Shown piece after piece: positions 1 through 6,138 of a stretch of DNA of 7,000 nucleotides (position 1 is the first letter of the stretch; each line of letters begins with the position of its first letter). Made by a program: the position numbers and the translations under genes. Source of the stretch: Takakia lepidozioides (Eukaryota > Plantae > Bryophyta); the NCBI GenBank assembly GCA_030704615.1, contig JAKLZA010000291.1, forward strand, positions 1-7,000. Reading direction: 5' to 3'. The notes below the pieces were generated by a model, which was given only the letters and a program-made list of their open reading frames with translations, made no database searches and had not been told where the DNA came from.

Positions 1-56
1 AGCACAGCTGCCCTTGTATGAATTGTTTACAGGTGAAGCACAGCTGCCCTTGTATG
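1..56. repeat. 20-bp direct repeat (period 36), possibly the end of a longer tandem array cut by the window edge
   Basis: AGCACAGCTGCCCTTGTATG, exact at 1-20 and 37-56. Confidence 0.9.
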
Positions 57-83
57 CGAAGCCTGGTTACGAGGTTTTGTCTC

Positions 84-103
84 GGAAATGCGGCACCGCA
101 TTC
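84..103. repeat. Solo copy of the palindrome (intronic)
   Basis: GGAAATGCGGCACCGCATTC. Confidence 0.9.
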
Positions 104-179
104 GCATTTTATGTTTTCGGTGGCACTCTGCGAGTAGGTTGGTCTCAACTTTTGCTCACGCATGCTGACTGCCTTGCAG

Positions 180-2538
180 GTATATGAAATACGTGCTCCT
201 TCAGACAGGGGCCCTGGCTCAAGAGCCCCCGTTCTTCATGGCTTGGACCGTGGCGGGCCCAAGCTGTGTCTACACACCCGAGATGCAGAAACAATGGCAT
301 CCCGCGCATCTCGTTGGATGCCCGTGGTACCTGGACATGTCTGGCGCGGTATGTTGACGAGTCTGAGAAAGATCTGCACGCCTTGGCAGAAGAGAAGAGA
401 AAGGAAAGACGTGTCCCTGCTGGGCCAAAGTCGGCAAAGGAATCTGCTGCTCTGGAAGAATCCAGAAAGGCAGCTGAGATGGCACAAAAGACGGTGGATG
501 CAGCTGTGCAGGCCAACAGAAGGGGTCGAAGAAGAGGACTCGCCAGCAAGGAGCAGCTGTTGTGAACCCGCCAAAACGAAGAAGCAACAGCCTGCTTCAG
601 GAAGAGGGTGAGGAAGAGGACTCCGATGGAGACTTTGCAACCAGCCCACCCCCCAAACGCAGGCTGCCTCCCCTGTGCCCACCGTTGTCACGAGAGGCAC
701 GAGAACTGGCTCGGCAAAGAAGGCACTCTTCAACCCCCCAGGGGGGCACCCTTTCGAGCCGGTGGAAATGAAGAGGCCGAAAGTGGCTCCCGAAACAGTA
801 GTCCAGTGTGTAAATGAGAGTTTCTTGGCGGCTTTGGATGGACGGGCAGCCAAGTTGGCATACATGAAGACCATGGAGGGTCTGAAGGGCAGAGCACTGA
901 AGAAGGCGACTGCCGAAGAGCCTTCCGACACCCCAGGATTTCAGAATATGGTCTCGTTCTTTTGAGAGGGTGTGTGCAGACAAGGATTGTAGGAGGGGCG
1001 GAAATGCCACCGAAAATGCGATATGATCATCTTGGATATTCCGGACGGAGAGCCTGTGGAAGGACTGCAAGCTTTGCCATCTTGGAACAGGTACTCGGAG
1101 GACTTTTGGAAGAAAGGATTCGGGCTTGCCCGCATGGTGTTGGACGACAAGGCTGTGTGGTTGTCCTGGCGAGCAGAAAAAAAACACTCAGACAGGAATT
1201 GCGAAGTGGACCCGCAAGAGCGCCGTCCCGATTCTGAAAAAGAAGTGGACGTGCATCAACACACTGGGCCTTCGGTCGGAAGGGAAGAAGGTGATTACGA
1301 CACTGGCACTCGTCCATTCATTTGCTTGGGTGTTTTCAAATGCGGTGCCGCATTCGGTTTCTAATCGTTTTCCCCCTGTGTATGCAGACGAAGCAGTTCG
1401 ATGCATACTGCTTTGTGAAGGAGAACTCCACCTTTGCTTTCCGGAAGGAGGGAGAAAGGTGACCCGAACTGCGACCCACTCGATTACGACTTCTGTTCAA
1501 CAACGTTCCCAAGGAACTTCTCCCCTCATAGCCTCACTTCAACGGAACCCCTGCAGTACTCACGGACTCGGATCCCTGCCTTCATTCAGACAATATGGTG
1601 AGACATGCACAGACGTGGAGGGCACAAGTGCTCGACCTCATCTGTGGGACAGGTATGCAGAATCTTGATCTATGCTGTTCTGCAAATTCTCGTTAGGATG
1701 TAGTTCGCAACATCTGAAGCGCCATGTGGTAATGTGTGGATGGCATTGTAACAGGTGCCCTCAATGTGGGCTGGGCGGTTTTCCGACCGGCACCCTCTTG
1801 CCTACGAGGATGATTCATCCGTGTGGGGATACCATCTGGAAGGGCTGCAACGGAATGTTAAGCTCCCGACAGAGCGGAAGTCTCCTCGGATTCGTCGGAG
1901 TCCGAGGAAGACACAGTGGACATTGATGCGGAGGAGAACCCGGAATAAGAGTGAGTGCAAACATTGTAAGTTTGCAAAGCCTTCTGGGTCATTTATGTCA
2001 AACGAATTTCCCGACTGTGGTTCTCATTAGTCTCGTTGATGATTGTCATGTGCAGGATTGCAGGGTCCGGGTCGAAACATGTAGGGCCTACACTTCCTGC
2101 CAGGAAGAATGTCCCGTTCTTTGCGAGGGCCGACTTCATGACGAGCCCGGTGAGGGACTACTCCCTTCCTAGTTATTTTGCTAAACTCGCAAATACAAGC
2201 GATTAGAAGAAGTGAGAATCCCAGTAAAGTAGAGCAGATTTTGGAGAGGGCTAGGGAGGACAGAAGGATAAGGAAAGAGTTGGCAGCAGCTCAGACAGGT
2301 AGACGGGTACGAAAGTACATATGTGATTCAGCGGATGAGAGCAACGCAGACAAGGAGGAAGACGACCCAACGGAGGTGAGATGGACAGTTCCGCAAGGGG
2401 AAGATGGGATTTTCGAAAAGCCTGGCCAACGAGCAGTCCGCTGGAGATGAGAAAGGCACTGAGGGGGTGGAGGCGCAGCAGGACAGTCTAGAACAGGATG
2501 AGGATTCGGATGATTTTTCAAGATTAATAGAATTTTAA
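180..2538 (+). CDS. Multi-exon gene, 5' end outside the window, frameshifted as given. Encodes a large protein with charged/low-complexity regions flanking a beta-class N6-adenine/N4-cytosine DNA methyltransferase-like domain.
   Basis: Exon starts after acceptor CTGAC...TTGCAG (AG 178-179). Stitched frames: YMKYVLLQTG...CPWYLDMS / ARYVDESEKDLHALAEEKRKERR... / EEGEEEDSDGD... / ETVVQCVNESFLAALDG... / KCDMIILDIPDGEPVEGLQALPSWNRYSEDFWKKGFGLARMVLDDK / KKWTCINTLGLRSEGKK-[intron]-TKQFDAYCFVK / PAFIQTI / ETCTDVEGT / VLDLICGTG-[intron]-ASMWAGRFSDRHPLAYEDDSSVW. The acidic tail SAGDEKGTEGVEAQQDSLEQDEDSDDFSRLIEF ends at TAA 2536-2538. Several +/-1 frameshifts are needed. Confidence 0.7.
1291..1387 (+). 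other. Spliceosomal intron (97 nt, phase 0) within the MTase domain
   Basis: AAG|GTGATT donor, CTAAT branch at 1361-1365, pyrimidine tract TTTTCCCCCT, ATGCAG acceptor. Splicing joins ...RSEGKK to TKQFDAYCFVK. Contains a palindrome copy at 1338-1355. Confidence 0.75.
1338..1355. repeat. Solo copy of the palindrome (intronic)
   Basis: AAATGCGGTGCCGCATTC inside intron 1291-1387. Confidence 0.88.
1653..1754 (+). other. Spliceosomal intron (102 nt, phase 1) splitting the last Gly of SAM-binding motif I
   Basis: CAG|GTATGC donor and TAACAG|G acceptor. Splicing, with one surplus C removed from CCC 1758-1760, gives VLDLICGTG-ASMWAGRFSDRH, which restores the MTase consensus. Confidence 0.72.
1951..2055 (+). 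other. Probable spliceosomal intron (105 nt)
   Basis: Consensus GTGAGT donor at 1951, T-rich body, GTGCAG|G acceptor ending at 2055. Length matches the other two introns. Confidence 0.6.
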
Positions 2539-2670
2539 TGAAGTCTCTGTAAATGTAAATTCTCTTCCAGAGTATATAAAGGAAATTCTGCCAGAACATT
2601 CGTGACCCCTCTCCAGTGTGCATTCCAAGCCACACCATCGCTCAAACCACGACGCTCCGCTCCCAAAATC

Positions 2671-3394
2671 AGAAATGGGGCACCGCATTTCCAAAATTTT
2701 GGCAACTCTAAGAACCTCTTTTGGAAATGCGGCACCGCATTTCCAAAACAGGGGAGGGACTAAATTTCCATTTCAATGTTGGCATAGTAAAAAAGTAATC
2801 GGCCGATTGGAAATGCGGTGCCGCATTTCCCAAAATTTCCTTTGTCCACACGCCAGTTTTGGCCTCTCCCGCTCATTGCATGGATGCCACCCGCTTACAG
2901 AGGTCGAACAAGGAGGTCGAAGATGGCGGAATTGAAAATGCGGTGCCGCATTTCCATATTGGGGATGGTCGTTGTTCGAACTGCAGGCCCATCACCAAAA
3001 ATTGGCCACCGGCATTCCATTGTAAAAAAAAGTCGATGACGGACATGGAAATGCGGCGCCGCATTTCCAGAACGGACATCGCAATTTCCATTTGCAGACC
3101 CTCTCACGGAAATGCGGTAAACGCATTCCATGCGCTGGTCGGAAATGTCACACTTTTCGAAGTGTTGGACGGAAATGCGGCACCGCATTTCCTTGTCCAA
3201 AAAAGAAGTTTCCATTGCCAAGCTGGAAATGCGTCGCCGCATTTCAATGCCAACCTCGTTGTCTGTCCAATTTATAGACCCCGTTTGTATTTCGTGTACC
3301 TGGACGGAAATGATGCACCGCATTTCCTTGTCCCACATGGAAATGCGGCAACCGCATTTCGATGCCGACATGGAAAATGCGGTGCCGCATTTCA
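2671..3394. repeat. Array of 11 copies of a ~22-bp palindrome GGAAATGCGG-NN-CCGCATTTCC with irregular spacing
   Basis: Copies start at 2671, 2723, 2809, 2934, 3047, 3108, 3171, 3225, 3306, 3339 and 3373. 3046-3069 is a perfect 24-bp palindrome. 2719-2748 has 14-bp perfect arms around CA. Start-to-start spacing is 33-125 nt. Confidence 0.95.
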
Positions 3395-3581
3395 ATGTCC
3401 GACATGGCGTTACTCTGGTATATTCTTGACACATGACTCACATACGGTTACTCTGGCTATATTCATCGGACCGGACAGACACATTGTAAGAAATGAAGAC
3501 ATCAAATTGTAAACAGTGGCCAATTCCGACAGTTATTCAACAGAATGAAACACAATCATCACAGAAGTGAGGTACGATGGG

Positions 3582-3591
3582 TTTATTGATC
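3582..3591 (-). promoter_or_regulatory. Putative polyadenylation signal of gene B (GATCAATAAA)
   Basis: AATAAA about 60 nt downstream of the inferred stop. The same 10-mer follows gene C. Confidence 0.55.
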
Positions 3592-3648
3592 GGACACGAT
3601 GTCTTCACATTTACCAACTGCAGACACAAAACTAAACCCTTCCTCCTT

Positions 3649-4272
3649 CTACATGGGCTTCACCAAGTCGACGGAACTTCGATACCCCTCAAACAAGCTC
3701 ATTCACTGCTGCGCGCACCTCGAGGTAAACTGCAATTCGGTCGTTCTGCTGCCCTTGCTGGAGCCGACGACAATGTCATGTCCATCAATGATACCACCAT
3801 CATACATTGACAAGGTCACTGTGGGCCTCATGTGCCCGGTGCGATTCGTCTTCGCAACTCAGCCGAATGTCTCCATAACACTGAAGAGCGGAGTGATCTG
3901 CACGTATATAGTTTTCCCCGGGTGCCGTCCTCCCTGGTCCACTGGCAGCAGTTCCAGCGCCAAAGCGAGGCCGTGCGTGATCTGTCCGGCATCCCTTTCC
4001 AGCTTGGTATATCGAGGTCAACAATTTTCAGGACCCACGGACCGCATTGACCCTCGCCCTCACCTCGCTCAAAGCGGTAATAGCCCTCCAGATACTCCAT
4101 TGCGCGCAAAGACTCTTGCTTGATTCCAGCAGCGTCTGTGAAAACAGAGAGCCAGACAATGATGTCTCCTGATTCTGGTTTGAACATAGCATAATCGTGG
4201 CCATGATAAGGGCAGTCGGCTGGGATTTCGGCGGCACGGCATCCTTGAAAAAGAGTAGCGGAGTACGCTCAA
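3649..4272 (-). CDS. Gene B: uncharacterised ~200+ aa protein, frameshifted as given, start not located. Paralog of gene C.
   Basis: Stitched: SVLRYSFSRMPCRRNP / DCPYHGHDYAMFKPESGDIIVWLSVFTDAAGIKQESLRAMEYLEGYYRFERGEGEGQCGPWVLKIVDLDIPSWKGMP / ALALELLPVDQGGRH / KLYTCRS..SVLWRHS / LSMYDGGIIDGHDIVVG / VYLEV / EGYRSSVDLVKPM* (TAG 3651-3649). Coding status is supported by collinear similarity to gene C with synonymous third-position changes. Confidence 0.7.
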
Positions 4273-4520
4273 TGACAGCAGCTCCCGGATGGAGGAGGAG
4301 CAGCGCGGTGGCTGGAAAAGTTCAAGCTAACGCTGCAATTCCTCACAAAACACTCCAGGGCACATTTAAATTTCCCCCCTACAGGATCCTGGACCGATGA
4401 AGATTGGCTGCTTCATGAATGTAGCCGTTTCAGTTTCCTACCCTGCCATGCAAACTATGGGCACTCACTGCCAGGGTGCCGATAGCCACTGGACACGACG
4501 AAGTCCATCCCCTCTTCGAT

Positions 4521-4541
4521 GTAAATGCGGCGCCGAATTCC
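4521..4541. repeat. Degenerate solo copy of the palindrome between the divergent paralogs
   Basis: GTAAATGCGGCGCCGAATTCC. Confidence 0.75.
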
Positions 4542-4745
4542 ATCCGGGGGGATGGACTTCGGTGGCAGATCTCAAACTATAACTTCTTGATGAGAAAGAT
4601 GTAGGCGTTCATCCACCTCCGTCGGTGGGTACGTGGGACCCAGATGCTCCATTATTGGAGGCCGGACTGCTCTTCCGCTTTCGCATCATTTCCAAAATCT
4701 AAGGCTTCGTAGCTGTCCGCAAGGTTCATTGTCATCTGCATCCAA

Positions 4746-5347
4746 GTCGTCCTTAGGTCCTCCTTTGCAAGGATGCCGTGCTTCCGGAACCGGGACGACT
4801 GCCCATTTGGAGGCATCGATTATGCAATGTATTCGGCACATCGGGAGACATTGTTATCTGGTACACAGATTACACAGAAGATACTGGTTCGATTGTGGAA
4901 ACATTGGTGGCTTTTGAGTATATCGTAGGGCCACTACGCCTTCGAGCGGGGGTGACGATCTTGGTCTGAGGAGTCCGTGGCTCCTGCGCATCCTCGATTC
5001 CGATTTCCCAGCTACGACGGTCACCCCATCAGAAGAAGGCGCACTTGCTATGCTTTTGCGGTGGAACTGCTGCCACTGGACGTGGGTGGACTCCATCGGA
5101 GAGACCTATTCTCCTCAAGGAGTGCGCTCCTCTTCTCCATTGTATGGGGACATTCGCATTGGTGGGACGACGAAAACGTGAGATTTTCCATATTCGATGG
5201 TGTATGATTGAAGGGCAGGACATTGTGGTGACATCACTAGGGCGGTACAACGGCTGCAATCGACTTTACATGGAGGAGCCCCATGACTCATGAGCTAGTT
5301 CTGAGAGCAGTCAAAGTCCCATTGACAACGTGACTTGTATTCAGTAG
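4746..5347 (+). CDS. Gene C: uncharacterised ~200+ aa protein, frameshifted as given, start not located. Paralog of gene B.
   Basis: Stitched: VVLRSSFARMPCFRNRDDCPFGGIDYAMYS / SGDIVIWYTDYTEDTGSIVETLVAFEYIVG / HYAFERG / DDLGLRSPWLLRILDSDF / PSYDGHP...AFAVELLPLDVGGLHRRDLFSSRSALLFSIVWGHS...FSIFDG / MIEGQDIVVT...LYMEE / ESSQSPIDNVTCIQ* (TAG 5345-5347). Confidence 0.7.
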
Positions 5348-5410
5348 GCACAGGGCTAAGATTGATGGCACAATCAGCACAGTAGACGTGCTTCAAATGC
5401 AATTCATGTG

Positions 5411-5420
5411 GATCAATAAA
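5411..5420 (+). promoter_or_regulatory. Putative polyadenylation signal of gene C (GATCAATAAA)
   Basis: AATAAA about 67 nt downstream of the inferred stop. Identical to the 10-mer after gene B. Confidence 0.55.
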
Positions 5421-5675
5421 ACCTCATTGTGCCCTCTTTTTTATTATGTCTATCTGTGTCCATCGTTCCCAGAATGCGTCATTGCTCATTTCGTTTGGAT
5501 TGGGAGTGTGGGTGGATTTTGCAAAGTGGCTGGTAGCTGAAATGGGCCCCCACTTGTACAGAGACAGTACCACCCTACCATTCGCGAAACATTGCTTTTC
5601 AATATATAATCTAAATAACATTGCCGAACCTCCTTCATCGGGAGGTCCTTCTCCCCCTATGACCGTGGCACCCTA

Positions 5676-5829
5676 ACCCTATTCCGCGGGACACTCATTT
5701 CCGGAAAATAGTGCTGCTCATGTTTTTTCCACACTTACGACTCTGCTCCCTATGACACCCTATTCCGCGGACACTCATTTCCGGAAAATAGTGCTGCTCA
5801 TGTTTTTTTCCACACTTACGACTCTGCTC
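5676..5829. repeat. 73-bp near-perfect direct duplication (period 81)
   Basis: ACCCTATTCCGCGG(G)ACACTCATTTCCGGAAAATAGTGCTGCTCATGT6-7CCACACTTACGACTCTGCTC at 5676-5748 and 5757-5829. The copies differ only in two homopolymer lengths. Confidence 0.95.
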
Positions 5830-5862
5830 ATGGCTCATGCCGCTCATGGCTCATGGCTCATG
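5826..5862. repeat. GCTCATG heptamer tandem, 5 copies
   Basis: GCTCATG GCTCATG CC GCTCATG GCTCATG GCTCATG. The same heptamer occurs inside each 73-bp unit. Confidence 0.92.
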
Positions 5863-5992
5863 AAATAGCAGCCCCCGTAGAATCCTACATCCTCTCTTCC
5901 TCGGGTCAATGAAATGAAACATTGGCATAATGTGTATCATAGCAAGACTGGTATAGTATCACGAGAAAAGAACAGAGAGTTCAGTGGTATAC

Positions 5993-6138
5993 TTAGCTCT
6001 GGATAGGTACAAGTTTTTGGAAAATACCTTTCAGTTTCTCAATAAGTTCTTGCACAGGGAAGAACGGGCTAGGGAAGGAAACCTCGTTCAAGGAACCTTG
6101 TCAAGATACAGCAGCAGCTCAGGTCTGTAGTACCATGC
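5993..6138 (-). CDS. Probable terminal exon of a neighbouring gene, product not recognised
   Basis: On the minus strand, CTAAT-CACAG acceptor (AG at 6140-6139), then AWYYRPELLLYLDKVP, and after frameshift(s) FFPVQELIEKLKGIFQKLVPIQS* (TAA 5995-5993). Upstream exons were not identified. Confidence 0.4.

Larger units (their letters stand above)
1..179 (+). other. 3' part of a spliceosomal intron of gene A
   Basis: Branch-like CTGAC at 165-169 and acceptor TTGCAG ending at 179. T-rich sequence upstream, coding-like sequence from 180. The donor cannot be placed confidently. Confidence 0.55.
1014..1830 (+). other. Beta-class amino-methyltransferase domain (PF01555 N6_N4_Mtase-like), split by two introns
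   Basis: The motif order of beta-class MTases is recognisable. Motif IV-like CDMIILDIPDG (DIPD at 1035-1046; cf. VDLIITDPPYG). ARMVLDD (cf. xRVLKxxG). PAFIQTI..ETCTDVEGT (cf. PxxLxxxLIxxxSxxGD). SAM-binding motif I VLDLICGTG (1628-1652 plus first bases of next exon; cf. VLDPFxGSG). ASMWAGRFSDRHPLAYEDD (cf. TTxxAAxxLGRxxIGxExD). Recognised by eye; no HMM was run. Confidence 0.72.
1..5870. mobile_element. Possible segment of a large cargo-carrying mobile/repeat element; left end outside the window
   Basis: Inference only. One private palindrome marks 84-4541, the segment holds a prokaryote-type MTase fold and orphan paralogs, tandem repeats sit at 5676-5862, and beyond them the DNA is more AT-rich and palindrome-free. 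No transposase, TIR pair or TSD is visible. Confidence 0.35.

Noticed and set aside
1000-1020. GGAAATGCCACCGAAAATGCG as another palindrome copy
   Set aside because: Only left-arm-like half sites with no complementary right arm, and it lies in coding sequence.
145-1187. Long minus-strand ORFs (236-931, 597-1187, 145-549)
   Set aside because: Antisense shadows of the purine-rich gene A exon. Splice signals and MTase motifs are on the + strand.
2671-3394. CRISPR array
   Set aside because: Spacing is highly irregular (33-125 nt start-to-start), some spacers resemble each other, copies occur singly in introns, no cas gene is visible and the context is eukaryotic.
2618-3512. Overlapping ORFs on both strands (e.g. 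2859-3512 +, 2895-3434 -) with repeated EMRxRIS / GNAAPHF / KCGTAF peptides
   Set aside because: These peptides are translations of the stop-free palindrome and appear in all frames on both strands. There is no independent sign of coding.
3577-4123. Plus-strand ORFs 3599-4123, 3577-3810 and 3832-4050
   Set aside because: Antisense to gene B, whose strand is fixed by protein-level similarity to gene C.
3649-5347. Genes B and C as the terminal inverted repeats of a foldback element, or as a long hairpin RNA
   Set aside because: Similarity is mainly at protein level, with only short (~14 nt) exact nucleotide matches. It is too diverged for TIRs or a stable duplex.
5671-5680. Telomere-like CCCTAACCCT (also TAAACCCT near 3633-3640)
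   Set aside because: Fewer than two full units; expected by chance.
6100-6138. Protein kinase subdomain VIII (WYRAPELLL-like) in minus-strand WYYRPELLL
   Set aside because: It lacks the APE motif, and the frame ends about 40 codons later without kinase subdomains IX-XI.
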